DNA of 64,000 bases from Eledone cirrhosa (lineage: Eukaryota), in assembly GCA_964016885.1 (NCBI GenBank), contig OZ024752.1, forward strand, positions 35,402,001 to 35,466,000. The letters run 5' to 3'. This document shows positions 15,722-28,700 of this stretch, piece by piece (the stretch's first letter is position 1; each line of letters starts with the position of its first letter). A program made the position numbers and the translations under genes. The notes beneath the pieces were generated by a model. That model ran no database searches. It was not told the origin of the DNA and worked only from the letters and a program-made list of their open reading frames with translations.

Positions 15722-16540
15722 TTTGTGTTACTAATGTAATGATTATTATTTGTGTTACTAATGTAATGATTATTATTTGTGTTACTAATGTAATGATTAT
15801 TATTTGTGTTACTAATGTAATTATTATTTGTGTTACTAATGTAATGATTATTTGTGTTACTAATGTAATGATTATTTGTGTTACTAATGTAATGATTATT
15901 ATTTGTGTTACTAATGTAATGATTATTTGTGTTACTAATGTAATGATTATTATTTGTGTTACTAATGTAATGATTATTATTTGTGTTACTAATGTAATGA
16001 TTATTATTTGTGTTACTAATGTAATTATTATTATTTGTGTTACTAATGTAATGATTATTTGTGTTACTAATGTAATGATTATTATTTGTGTTACTAATGT
16101 AATGATTATTATTTGTGTTACTAATGTAATGATTATTATTTGTGTTACTAATGTAATGATTATTATTTGTGTTACTAATGTAATTATTATTTGTGTTACT
16201 AATGTAATGATTATTATTTGTGTTACTAATGTAATGATTATTATTTGTGTTACAAATGTAATGATTATTATTTGTGTTACTAATGTAATGATTATTATTT
16301 GTGTTACTAATGTAATGATTATTTGTGTTACTAATGTAATGATTATTATTTGTGTTACAAATGTAATGATTATTATTTGTGTTACTAATGTAATTATTAT
16401 TATTTGTGTTACTAATGTAATGATTATTTGTGTTACTAATGTAATGATTATTATTTGTGTTACTAATGTAATGATTATTATTTGTGTTACTAATGTAATG
16501 ATTATTATTTGTGTTACTAATATAATGATTATTATTTTTG
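15722..16540. repeat. 27/24-bp minisatellite TGTGTTACTAATGTAATG(ATT)2-3, about 31 units
   Basis: Seen directly. Unit lengths are multiples of 3, which explains the overlapping ORFs on both strands. Confidence 0.97.
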
Positions 16541-17157
16541 TGGCCAAATCCATAGAAGTGAAGCTGAGACAATTTGGGATTCCCTTAATTTGTCCCTTGG
16601 ACAAAGTTTTGGTCATTTTAAATGTGGAGTTGAATGAGATAATAAAAAAACTCTCAAGAAAGTTGGACAGCAGAGAAGGTCTTCAGATAAGAAACTCATC
16701 TCAAGCATGTGTTTCGGTCCTTAACTTCTTTTATTGTTAATTGATCGAAATATTCCCAAAATTAAGAGACATAGAACACTCTTCTTGTATTAATAGAGAA
16801 ATGGTAGAAACGAATCTAACTTTATTTTATTTTTTACCGTTACAGCAACTAAGCTATTCTAATTCTGCCTACTCTAAATGCAGATAGAACCAATATCAAC
16901 AGTGAAATGATTTTTATCTTTATGATTGCTGATCTCAGCTGTTCGAAAGCTTTATATTTTATTGAAGTTTCTTTTTCTTTCATCTAGTTCATGGTACACT
17001 ATGTTATCTCTTATCAATGGTATATTTCTTTAACATTCGCTGCTTTTTTTTTGCGTACCGTAAATACAAAAACGAAGTAGCTATGTTGAGAGTTAATTTG
17101 ATGTTGTAAAAAGAAAATGGATTAAATTGTTTTAAGTTAATGTAATTCCAATATAAT

Positions 17158-17480
17158 GTCGGTGAAGTGGCAGGGATGCTAGAATGTCAGATAGAATGCT
17201 TTGTGGCATTCGTTCCGACTCTCTACTCTATGAGTTCAAATCCCGCCGAGGTCAACTTTGCCTTTCATCCTTTCGAGGTCGATAAAAAACTACCAGTCTA
17301 GTACTGGGGGTCGATGCTTCTTTTATATCTCTTTCTCATTTCTATTCTTTCTCACTCTCTATCCTTCTCTGGAAGAAATCTGCTGTATTCAGACCTGGAG
17401 GGGAGATGGGCTCCGCCAGGTCTTTAAAAATGCCCTAGAGATGTATGTCAAAATAGCACTCTGCGACAACCGCAGAAGTT
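17158..17480 (+). mobile_element. SINE, dominant family, with extended tail
   Basis: Matches 10422-10740, including GGAAGAAATCTG..GTATTCAGACCTGGAG. Confidence 0.8.
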
Positions 17481-18719
17481 ACGAGAACGATCGACCGTCC
17501 CTTCGTTCGTTCATTCATTCATTCATTCATTCATTCATTCATTCATTCATACAATTCCAATATTATAGCTTTCTATCTCAATTAAACTAATAATAAAGTA
17601 GTATATCCGAATGGAAAAGAGTTAACAAAGGTTATAAAGAGATTGGGGAATGTCATAAAATATGCCATGAAAACAAATAAAAAGAATTCCTGCCAATCTT
17701 TGTCATATTGTATAGAAGAATCCTACGTTCGTTTTAACAATTAGTTTGTTTGATCAACTGAATGTCTAAAATGACTGAGTATCCCACTGTACCCCTAATG
17801 TAATTCCCAAGCCGAATCATTGTGACGCAATATTTCACAAGATTAGACCTTAGCATTTCAGAGACAGTCCACCCGACGGGCTTCTGCGCAGTTTCAGTCT
17901 ACCAAATTTTCCTCACAAAAGCTTTATCTAAACTGCAGCTATGATAAAAGACATTTACAGAATTTGTCGTGCTATGAGATCAAGTAAGAGATGATCTAAT
18001 TCTGCAATGTCTTCACATACATTCGCCCAATTTGGCATTTAGTATAACGAACCGATATATTATTCATTGCAAACAAAAATCCAGAAAAGAATTTTCAAAA
18101 GCGAAAAATTAAAGTTATATTCTTTGATTAATCTCATATATGACATTTTCACCCTTTCAGAATTAAATAAATGAAAATAAAAATTACATCATTTTGAAGT
18201 TGATTGTAGAATGGAATGAAGCAAGTTGAACCAATAATCAATAATCTGAGATGTTTACATATTCAGGACAGACCGGGATGAAGGGATGAACTGTCTTATG
18301 AGAGTAAAGTATATATGTAGAGGGGCTTGGGAGAGAAGGAGGAAGAAGATCCAATGTAATTATCGTCTACCTAATTTCCCTCACATGGCTTGGGTTGAGC
18401 CGAGATTATAGTAAAGACATTTCTTTAAGATGTTACACATTGAAATTGAAAAAAGATGGATCATGATTGTGAGACGAACTTGTTAAACACTCGGTCATGA
18501 CATGGCTTGAGTTGAGCCGAGATTATAGTAAAGATACTTGTTTAATTTTGATGTATTGATTCCTGTTGTGACAACCCATGAATTGTGATCTCTTCCTCTC
18601 TTTTCTCATCAGCAATTTTTGAGGGCCCCGAAAAGAGCGTAACCCTTATTTTTCTTTGAGTAAGCCTTAACCCCTTCCCACAGAAGAAAACTCGTTTTTT
18701 TCAGACAGTGTAATTAAAA

Positions 18720-19125
18720 CTGCATTATCCAATATATCTGTCCTTTGGCTGTTAAATCTAGCTGGTCAAGCGATCCCTATAGAGAATATTTCGTTGGCTG
18801 ACCTGCCGTAGAATTGCATATATACACGAATGGATGCCAGAGATCGAATGGATGTCATAGATCGAATGGATGCCAGAGAGATGTAACCCCACAAGTTGCA
18901 AGCCAACGAAGAGACATCTACGTAGACACTCTACCTAATAGAAATAGCAGCCAAGTCTCCCTTCAAACCCAAACCACACCCTACTGTCTCATATCAAAGA
19001 AGGACACTTTGGATAATGTAGCTCCGAATGTATTGATGTCTGAAAAGAAAAACAAGATAGTATGGAACGCTTTTGATGAAAGGTTTGTTCATTCAAGGCT
19101 GACCGGGGGCTAAACACCAACAATA
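18720..19125 (+). mobile_element. Interspersed repeat (SINE-like 3' body ending GGCTGACC..GGCTAAACA(A)C)
   Basis: Related copies at 42440-42860, 48290-48450 and 20040-20110 (-). Confidence 0.6.
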
Positions 19126-20278
19126 TGTGTAGGCTTTGTATTCAGAATATACATGTAAGATTTATAGTCTGTCTTTCGACATGTTTTGAACATTGCTGGG
19201 GATTTTTTCTTCTCGAAAATAGCATTTTCCTTATCAGAATGTGTACAATATGACTGTATCATTAAATATGGACGATAAGATAATGAACTGTATTACTTCA
19301 TTGTGTTTCTTTTCCTGACAATTTTCTTTAATTTATATACAGCTTTTGATTGAAGAGATTTATTCTGCATACTTATTGACAAAAAAACCATGTCTTAAAT
19401 TCAATAGATTTCTTAAATAATAAGTACTGCTTAAGGCGAATCTAGATTTCATGTGATATTCCTTTGTAATAAACTCAGATTCCGCCATTGCTTCTATATT
19501 TTTCTAAATCTAGTTCAGGTTAGATAAAATCACACTTCGAATATTCACGTCGAAATTTTACAAGTGTGCAATCATGTGATTATGCAATTGAGATCTTTAA
19601 ATGTAATCAGTAAGAGATTACTGCTGTGGGGGTCTCTACGGCAATTCTTCATTTCAAATTCTCATTAGATTAAATATAAACATTATTCCTTAATAAACTT
19701 CGTTTGCTCTTTTAGCAGTTGTATTTTGTGTCATTAACAAAAGAAACAGCATCAAGTCAGGTGCCGGCAGCTATCAAAGATGATAATCAATGAATATATA
19801 CACATATCAAATATTGGCATAGCTTATTAACTTCCAACTTTCATCTGTCCAAACTATACAATTCCTTCATTTCGATGCATATTACAGCAATTATTAAGTG
19901 GAGTATGTTCTTCTATCTCATCAAGTAGCACATTCACAATTAAACATAAAAACAAATAATATATTCAAGTGTTCATTGCATCACATACATTTAATTTGCC
20001 AGTGAAACCTAAGTGCTAATATTTACTACGAAAATGTTTGAAAAGCTGTCGTTGTTGATTAGAGCCGGGCCAGCCAGATCGAACAACCTTATAATCAATT
20101 GGACATCATCTGAAAATGAGACTGAATCTAACTATAAAAATAGTTCATGATTTAAATGTTTATTGAATGAATTATAAACATTTGTATTCATATGCAAAAT
20201 ATTTCTCATGCTTATTTAAAAAAAAAAAAATTATTTTTGTCATTCATAAGTCTAAGTAAAACATATATTTATACTCAC

Positions 20279-20347
20279 GATTTCGGCGATAGCTCAGAGT
20301 ATTATTTTTGGTGAATTCAGTAAGGGTTGCTTGGAGCTGTATTCCAC
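20279..20347 (-). CDS. Candidate internal 69-bp phase-1/phase-1 exon, (G)GIQLQATLTEFTKNNTLSYRRN
   Basis: Acceptor TTATTTACCAG, consensus donor GTGAGT, open frame, non-repetitive sequence, and higher GC than the flanks. Confidence 0.45.
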
Positions 20348-20460
20348 CTGGTAAATAATTTAGTTTTATATAGCGATAGATCTTATGAGAAACTTTATCT
20401 GTTTATATATTTAATAATTACAAAACCGAGCTGGTGGTTTGAATAAAAATAAATCATAGT

Positions 20461-21055
20461 AAATAATTGTTTCTACTTTTGGCACAAGGCCATCAATTAC
20501 CCAGTACATTACTGGTACTTTATTTTATCGACCCCGGAAGGATGAAAGGCAAAGTTAATAGTAAATAATTGTTTCTACTTTTGGCACAAGGCCAGCAATT
20601 GTCCCAGTACATTACTGGTACTTTATTTTATCCACCCTGGAAGAATGAAAGGCAAAGTTAATAGTAAATAATTGTTTCTACTTTTGGCACAAGGCCAGCA
20701 ATTACCCAGTACATTACTGGTACTTTATTTTATCGACCCTGTAAGGATGAAAGGCAAAGTTAACCTCGGCGGGATTTGAACTCAGATCGTAAAGGGACGT
20801 AGCTACGCTGGAAAGCATGTCTGACCCTCTACCAATACTGCCAATTCACCGCTCTAGTTAATAGTAAATAAGTTAATAGTAAATAATTGTTTCTACTTTA
20901 GGCACAAGGCCAGCAATTACCCAGTGCATTACTGGTACTTTATTTTATCGACCCTGTAAGGCAAAGTTAACCTCGGCGGGATTTGAACTCAGACCGTAAA
21001 GGGACGTAATTCTTGCTGCAAAACATGGCGTCCAACCCTCTACCGATACTGCCAA
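20461..21055 (-). mobile_element. SINE cluster: tandem triplication of the 3' 102 bp or so, plus complete copies
   Basis: AATAGTAAATAATTGTTTCTACTTT..GGCACAAGGCC recurs at about 20455, 20558, 20660 and 20875. Confidence 0.85.
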
Positions 21056-21130
21056 TAATGATTTTCTATAAGTACCATGAATCTCAAAATAAAGTTCTTT
21101 ACGTTTCTATGTCTATGTTTGATATCAATG

Positions 21131-21265
<135 letters not shown>

Positions 21266-21449
21266 TAAACGGAAACAACAAAGCAGACGACGCAATAGAA
21301 TGAAAATATATATTAGTTTAATGCTTGATATAGTAATAGGAAAAGGGTATTTATATATATATATATTACATACATATTATATATATATGTAAGGTATAAA
21401 TCGAAGTTATAGCTGCAATAGGGCAGATACCACACACACACACACACAC

Positions 21450-21505
<56 letters not shown>

Positions 21506-21629
21506 GTAGGAGGTGAGTTTTATTGTAGCACAATAAAGCAATGCAAATATCAGATAAGTAGCACTCTACAGTTTGTAGGACTGGAGTATAAATAATATAA
21601 GATCAAAAGAAGGTTAAAAGAGTTCCAAG

Positions 21630-21700
21630 TATTTTATTATGCGCATTTCAAAAACAAATATCAGCATGGGATGATATCTGCGTTTTCATCAGATAAAATA
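21630..21700 (-). ncRNA. Minimal type-I hammerhead ribozyme (Penelope-type)
   Basis: Reverse complement: TATTTTAT-CTGATGA-14-bp helix II-GAAA-T-GCGC-A-TA-ATAAAATA. Confidence 0.8.
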
Positions 21701-21818
21701 GGGATACGTGGTATGAAGCTTAAAAAACACTTGTGAATAGTGAAGTTTTAAATCAACATAAGTTGATTTAAAACTTCACTATTCAAAAGTGTTTTTTAAG
21801 CTTCATATCATGTATCCC

Positions 21819-21889
21819 TATTTTATCTGATGAAAACGCAGATATCATCCCATGATGATATTTGTTTTTGAAATGCGCATAATAAAATA
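21819..21889 (+). ncRNA. Minimal type-I hammerhead ribozyme (Penelope-type)
   Basis: Helix I TATTTTAT/ATAAAATA, core CTGATGA (21827) and GAAA (21870), long helix II, palindromic GCGC loop III, AUA cleavage triplet. Confidence 0.8.
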
Positions 21890-21971
21890 CTTGAAACTCT
21901 TTTAACCATCTTTTGATCTTATATTATATATATATGTGTGTGTATGTATGTATGTATGTATGTATATATTC

Positions 21972-22094
21972 TATCTTCTGATGAATGACTAGTGTCCGAA
22001 ACATAAATACCCTTTTCCTATTACTATATCAAGCATTAAACTAATATATATTTTCATTCTATTGCGTCGTCTGCTTTGTTGTTTCCGTTTACTT
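21972..22094 (+). mobile_element. Penelope-like pLTR remnant with a partly decayed hammerhead
   Basis: TCTT-CTGATGA-ATGACTAGTGTCC-GAAA-CATA. The downstream 92 bp has an inverted copy at 21263-21354. Confidence 0.6.
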
Positions 22095-22224
22095 TTTGCA
22101 CACACACACACACATACACACACATACACACACATACACACACATACACACACATACACACACATACACACATATATATATATATGGAGAGAGAGAGAGA
22201 GAAAGAATGAAAGAAAGGAAGGAG

Positions 22225-22420
22225 AGAGATTTATTTATTCTTGTTTTATACTTTTACTGGTTTCAGTCATTTGACTGCGACCTTGGTGGGGCATCGCCAA
22301 GATTTATTCAATCATATCGACCCCACTACTTATATTGTTAAGTCTGGTACATATTTTATCGATCTCATTCTTTTACCGAAACGCAATGTTACAGGACTTA
22401 AACAGAAATACAGACAAAAA
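22225..22420. mobile_element. Second SINE-like family fragment (TTACTGGTTTCAGTCATTTGACTGCG...)
   Basis: A related inverted fragment lies at about 57960-58050. Confidence 0.55.
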
Positions 22421-22497
22421 CGTAAACACAAACACAGATGGGGACACACACATATATAGGTAACATATTACTTTATAGGTATGTACACACAAACATG

Positions 22498-22548
<51 letters not shown>

Positions 22549-22663
22549 CACATATATCTGTAGAGTCATAGATGAGGCATTGCAACCTATCATACACAGT
22601 TTATACACAAATCTGTTCAACCTTCTTGATATTACTTTTGCCTGAATGTATATATAGATACAT

Positions 22664-23091
22664 ATGGTGGCTGACAACTCGTTTTCGAGTACGGCCAGTA
22701 CTTTATATCCATGTAGGAGAACCCCTACCGATGCGCTGAACGAGTGTGTTTTAGTCCAGACAGCGACTTGAAAACTCTGGTACAAACACTACACTTGTGA
22801 CAATTACTGCTGGGCCCATGGAGATCTCCACATATAAAGCAATCTCCAGATATAAAGCAATGCCTGTGCCGTGAAATCTCCAGATATAAAGCAATGCCTG
22901 TGCCGTGAAGCTTTTATAGTGAGCAAAGGCACTGCACAAAGCCAGTCCCACTCTCTTAACCAAGATGATATTTACCAAAAAGAAGAACAAGTCAACATCA
23001 TTGGATACCATCAGGGTTGCAGGTGTTATATCAGAGTTTTCCTTCTCCTAGAATTCTGCCTTGACAAAGGCTCAGGGGTCATCTCTCCCGG
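22664..23091 (-). mobile_element. RTE-like non-autonomous retroposon, copy 3 (5'-truncated, internal duplication)
   Basis: Reverse complement of copy 2, with ATCTCCAGATATAAAGCAATGCCTGTGCCGTGAA duplicated in tandem. Confidence 0.75.
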
Positions 23092-23271
23092 ATAGATACA
23101 TATACGTACGTACATACATACATACAAACACATCTATATATATATATATATATATATTTATTAAAATAACAGTTATTTTAATAAATATTTGCTCTAGGGC
23201 TCTTATATATTTGATATGTATTTATCCTTATCGAGCCCTCTTTCGATTTTAGTCTTCAAATTTATTATTAT

Positions 23272-23304
<33 letters not shown>

Positions 23305-23309
<5 letters not shown>

Positions 23310-23622
23310 AGTAAGTATGTTTTGAAACAGTTTTGAGCAGGTTTGAAATTAGAAAATATATAGCTTTCACCGTATTTTTGACTAAAGGAATTTTAGCCTG
23401 ATAATGGAATTTAGAACCCTCAGATAAATGGAAAAGAGTATTGTGCTACCACTGTGCTACCATTACACCAATGGTGTAATGGTAGCACAGTGGTCGCGAT
23501 AACCAAAGATGTGGGTTCGACTCCCATGTACGTCAATTCTCATCTTTTTTTCCATTTATCTGAGGGTTCTAAACCCCATTATCAAGCTAAAATCCCTTTA
23601 GTCAAAAATACGGTGAAAGCTA
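23305..23622. mobile_element. Fold-back element with a tRNA-like head at its centre
   Basis: Outer arms 23361-23435 / 23547-23622. Inner palindrome centred at 23471. A-box TGGTGTAATGG (23472) and B-box GGTTCGACTCC (23514). Confidence 0.65.
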
Positions 23623-23652
23623 TGTATGTATGTATGTATGTATGTATGTATG

Positions 23653-23680
<28 letters not shown>

Positions 23681-23683
<3 letters not shown>

Positions 23684-24265
23684 CATATATCCCAGTACAA
23701 CCTGTCTCATGGTCGGGTCGTTGGCGACTAAACTGGCAACCCCACCAAGGTTTCTTGGTGAGGAGGGTGACTTTGGACATCCTGCAGGACTAAAAACAAA
23801 ACCTGTCAAAGAGTAAAGGAGCTCTTAAGAGTCAATGGCCATCCAAATTCACCGGAAGAGATGACCCCTTAGCCTTTGTCAAGGCAGAATTCTAGGAGAA
23901 GGAAAACTCTGATATAACACCTGCAACTCTGATTGTATCCAATGATGTTGACTTGTTCTTCTTTTTGGTAAATATCATCTTCGTTAAGAGAGTGGGACTG
24001 GCTTTGTGCAGTGCCTTTGCTCACTATAAAAGCTTCACGGCACAGGCATTGCTTTGTATCTGGAGATCTCTCTGCACTTGTCGTCACATGGTACCATGGG
24101 CCTAGCACTATGTGTCAATAATTGTCACAAGTGTAGTGTTTGTACCAGAGTTTTCAAGTCGCTGGCTGCACTAAAAAGTCACACTCGTTCAGCGCATCGG
24201 TAGGAGTTTTCCTACATGAATATTAAAGTAGTGGCCGTACTCGAAAACGAGTTGGCAGCCACCAT
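23681..24265 (+). mobile_element. RTE-like non-autonomous retroposon, copy 4
   Basis: Nearly full length, with (TATG)n on both sides. Confidence 0.8.
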
Positions 24266-24622
24266 GTATGTATGTATGTATGTATGTATGTATGTATGTA
24301 TGTATGTATGTATGTATGTATGTATGTATGTATGTATGTATGTATGTGTGTGTGTGTGCGAGTGAAAAGTAACACGAATCAGCTATACATTATATATATA
24401 TATATATATATATATAAATTACTTGTACAGAGCTAGAACTGTTTCATTTGTATGAAATCATCGGGATTGTCCTATATTCTACCAACTTATTGAGTACCTA
24501 CTTTAACTGTGGTTACTGCCCGGCACCACTCGAGAACCTACATGTTATATATATATATAGTAGTGTGTGTCTGTGTGTGAGTCTGTGTGTGAGTCTCTGT
24601 GTGTGTGTGTTATATATATATA

Positions 24623-24773
24623 CATTGAAATTCCGTTATAACGAAATTCGTTGTAATGAAAAATTCTTTATAATGAGATCGACCTAACACATCGAGCATA
24701 TGGCCGGGGATTTAAAAAAATGTCGTTATACTGAAAAAATCGTTACAATGGTATTCGTTATAACGGAATTTTA

Positions 24774-24776
<3 letters not shown>
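24623..24776. mobile_element. Tc1/mariner (pogo/Tigger-like) MITE
   Basis: TIRs CATTGAAATTCCGTTATAACGAA / TTCGTTATAACGGAATTTTACCT, TA flanks, and sub-terminal CGTTATA/CGTTACA repeats. Confidence 0.75.
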
Positions 24777-24815
<39 letters not shown>

Positions 24816-24915
24816 TATGCATATATATGTAAAAGGCAAACAGAAATAACAACACAATCGGTACAGTATATGGAAGCAATATATTAGGTTAGCGCTTGAA
24901 ATAGCAGGAAGAGAG

Positions 24916-24951
24916 TCTTAACGTTTCGGACGCTAGTCCTTCATCAGAAGA
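24916..24951 (-). ncRNA. Minimal hammerhead ribozyme (GAAACGTT type) in a pLTR remnant spanning about 24830-25010
   Basis: Reverse complement: TCTT-CTGATGA-A-GGA-CTAGCG-TCC-GAAA-CG-TT-AAGA. Confidence 0.75.
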
Positions 24952-25546
24952 AAGAATGTGAAATAAGATAGATTGAAGGGACGGGCGGCGGGGTGGAATT
25001 GGAAAATATATATACAGAAAGAGAGAGAGAGAAAGATAAGATATAGACATACACACATGTTTATTTATACACATGAAAGCGTGTGTATGCGTATGTATGT
25101 GTATATAATTCGATTAGTATAAGTAACTAGTGTGCTGATTCATTGGAATTCTTACACGATATTGACATTAAAACGACGTTTTAAAACAAATGATGTTTTT
25201 TTCTTCGACAAAGTCTCCACAGTAAGTTGTCACAACTAATAGATTGTTTCCAACTTTTTGTTTGTCATGTCTTAATTGTTCAAAAATATAAAGACTTAAT
25301 ATAAAAACCAAACGAGAAGGAAACTAAATTTCCAACAACGTTGTTAAAATTTATTAAAAAGCAATATATCATCTTAATAAAATAGATCACATTCTATTGA
25401 ATCAAATAAGTTAATGATTCCGTATAAAACAATATATTTTGCTATTTTGTCTGTCTATTTCATTGAAAATCGAATGCTTATAAAACAAAATTAAATATCT
25501 CTGCTTCAATAAAGATACTAAGAGGATAGTTGTTTAGTTGTTACTT

Positions 25547-25589
25547 GTCAAAGCTCTTTCGTCACGCAATCTATGACCTCTTCAGTGAC
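25547..25589 (-). ncRNA. Minimal hammerhead ribozyme
   Basis: Reverse complement: GTCA-CTGAAGA-G-GTCA-TAGATTGCG-TGAC-GAAA-G-AG-C-TT-TGAC. Confidence 0.65.
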
Positions 25590-25764
25590 TACTGTTGTTA
25601 TTTTGTGTCTCCTCTTTGTTCTGTTTTACACTACCTTTCCTATAGAGATGTTAAGTTTAACTTTTAAAGAATTCATATGGAACAAGTACTCTAATCCTCT
25701 GTGTATTTCATATTTTAGTAACAAATGTTTTGTTTTAAAACGACATTAATAATCCAATCCAATT

Positions 25765-28700
25765 CTTCTCACTCCTGCTGGAGTAAAACCTTCCTGGTTG
25801 ACCTCCATCCAATCCATTCCAGCGCCTTCTCACTCCTGTTGGAGTAAAACCTTCCTGGTTGACCTCCATCCAATCCATTCCAGAGCCTTCTCACTCCTGC
25901 TGGAGTAAAACCTTCCTGGTTGACCTCCATCCAATCCATTCCAGAGCCTTCTCACTCCTGTTGGAGGAAAACCTTCCTGGTTGACTTCCATCCAATCCAT
26001 TCCAGAGCCTTCTCACTCCTGTTGGAGTAAAACCTTCCTGGTTGACTTCCATCCAATCCATTCCAGAGCCTTCTCACTCCTGTTGGAGTAAAACCTTCCT
26101 GGTTGACCTCCATCCAATCCATTCCAGAGCCTTCTCACTCCTGTTGGAGTAAAACCTTCCTGGTTGACCTCCATCCAATCCATTCCAGAGCCTTCTCACT
26201 CCTGCTGGAGTAAAACCTTCCTGGTTGACCTCCATCCAATCCATTCCAGAGCCTTCTCACTCCTGCTGGAGTAAAACCTTCCTGGTTGACCTCCATCCAA
26301 TCCATTCCAGAGCCTTCTCACTCCTGTTGGAGTAAAACCTTCCTGGTTGACCTCCATCCAATCCATTCCAGAGCCTTCTCACTCCTGCTGGAGTAAAACC
26401 TTCCTGGTTGACCTCCATCCAATCCATTCCAGAGCCTTCTCACTCCTGCTGGAGTAAAACCTTCCTGGTTGACCTCCATCCAATCCATTCCAGAGCCTTC
26501 TCACTCCTGCTGGAGTAAAACCTTCCTGGTTGACCTCCATCCAATCCATTCCAGAGCCTTCTCACTCCTGTTGGAGTAAAACCTTCCTGGTTGACCTCCA
26601 TCCAATCCATTCCAGAGCCTTCTCACTCCTGCTGGAGTAAAACCTTCCTGGTTGACCTCCATCCAATCCATTCCAGAGCCTTCTCACTCCTGCTGGAGTA
26701 AAACCTTCCTGGTTGACCTCCATCCAATCCATTCCAGAGCCTTCTCACTCCTGCTGGAGTAAAACCTTCCTGGTTGACCTCCATCCAATCCATTCCAGAG
26801 CCTTCTCACTCCTGTTGGAGTAAAACCTTCCTGGTTGACCTCCATCCAATCCATTCCAGAGCCTTCTCACTCCTGTTGGAGTAAAACCTTCCTGGTTGAC
26901 CTCCATCCAATCCATTCCAGAGCCTTCTCACTCCTGCTGGAGTAAAACCTTCCTGGTTGACCTCCATCCAATCCATTCCAGAGCCTTCTCACTCCTGCTG
27001 GAGTAAAACCTTCCTGGTTGACCTCCATCCAATCCATTCCAGAGCCTTCTCACTCCTGCTGGAGTAAAACCTTCCTGGTTGACCTCCATCCAATCCATTC
27101 CAGAGCCTTCTCATTCCTGTTGGAGTAAAACCTTCCTGGTTGACCTCCATCCAATCCATTCCAGAGCCTTCTCACTCCTGCTGGAGTAAAACCTTCCTGG
27201 TTGACCTCCATCCAATCCATTCCAGAGCCTTCTCACTCCTGCTGGAGTAAAACCTTCCTGGTTGACTTCCATCCAATCCATTCCAGAGCCTTCTCACTCC
27301 TGCTGGAGTAAAACCTTCCTGGTTGACTTCCATCCAATCCATTCCAGAGCCTTCTCACTCCTGTTGGAGTAAAACCTTCCTGGTTGACCTCCATCCAATC
27401 CATTCCAGAGCCTTCTCACTCCTGCTGGAGTAAAACCTTCCTGGTTGACCTCCATCCAATCCATTCCAGAGCCTTCTCACTCCTGTTGGAGTAAAACCTT
27501 CCTGGTTGACCTCCATCCAATCCATTCCAGAGCCTTCTCACTCCTGTTGGAGTAAAACCTTCCTGGTTGACCTCCATCCAATCCATTCCAGAGCCTTCTC
27601 ACTCCTGCTGGAGTAAAACCTTCCTGGTTGACCTCCATCCAATCCATTCCAGAGCCTTCTCACTCCTGTTGGAGTAAAACCTTCCTGGTTGACCTCCATC
27701 CAATCCATTCCAGAGCCTTCTCACTCCTGCTGGAGTAAAACCTTCCTGGTTGACCTCCATCCAATCCATTCCAGAGCCTTCTCACTCCTGTTGGAGTAAA
27801 ACCTTCCTGGTTGACCTCCATCCAATCCATTCCAGAGCCTTCTCACTCCTGTTGGAGTAAAACCTTCCTGGTTGACTTCCATCCAATCCATTCCAGAGCC
27901 TTCTCACTCCTGCTGGAGTAAAACCTTCCTGGTTGACTTCCATCCAATCCATTCCAGAGCCTTCTCACTCCTGCTGGAGTAAAACCTTCCTGGTTGACTT
28001 CCATCCAATCCATTCCAGAGCCTTCTCACTCCTGCTGGAGTAAAACCTTCCTGGTTGACCTCCATCCAATCCATTCCAGAGCCTTCTCACTCCTGTTGGA
28101 GTAAAACCTTCCTGGTTGACCTCCATCCAATCCATTCCAGAGCCTTCTCACTCCTGCTGGAGTAAAACCTTCCTGGTTGACCTCCATCCAATCCATTCCA
28201 GAGCCTTCTCACTCCTGTTGGAGTAAAACCTTCCTGGTTGACCTCCATCCAATCCATTCCAGAGCCTTCTCACTCCTGCTGGAGTAAAACCTTCCTGGTT
28301 GACCTCCATCCAATCCATTCCAGAGCCTTCTCACTCCTGTTGGAGTAAAACCTTCCTGGTTGACCTCCATCCAATCCATTCCAGAGCCTTCTCACTCCTG
28401 CTGGAGTAAAACCTTCCTGGTTGACCTCCATCCAATCCATTCCAGAGCCTTCTCACTCCTGTTGGAGTAAAACCTTCCTGGTTGACTTCCATCCAATCCA
28501 TTCCAGAGCCTTCTCACTCCTGCTGGAGTAAAACCTTCCTGGTTGACTTCCATCCAATCCATTCCAGAGCCTTCTCACTCCTGCTGGAGTAAAACCTTCC
28601 TGGTTGACTTCCATCCAATCCATTCCAGAGCCTTCTCACTCCTGCTGGAGTAAAACCTTCCTGGTTGACTTCCATCCAATCCATTCCAGAGCCTTCTCAC

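Noticed and set aside
15601-16740. Three ORFs of more than 300 aa (NNNHYISNT, IIITLVTQ, CVTNVMIII)
   Set aside because: A 24/27-bp minisatellite is open on both strands because of its unit length. There is no synonymous variation and no convincing gene context.
20000-20110. Minus-strand exon following the 20279 exon
   Set aside because: An acceptor and an open phase-1 frame exist, but the sequence is a fragment of the repeat family seen at 19095 and 42640, so it cannot be supported without RNA data.
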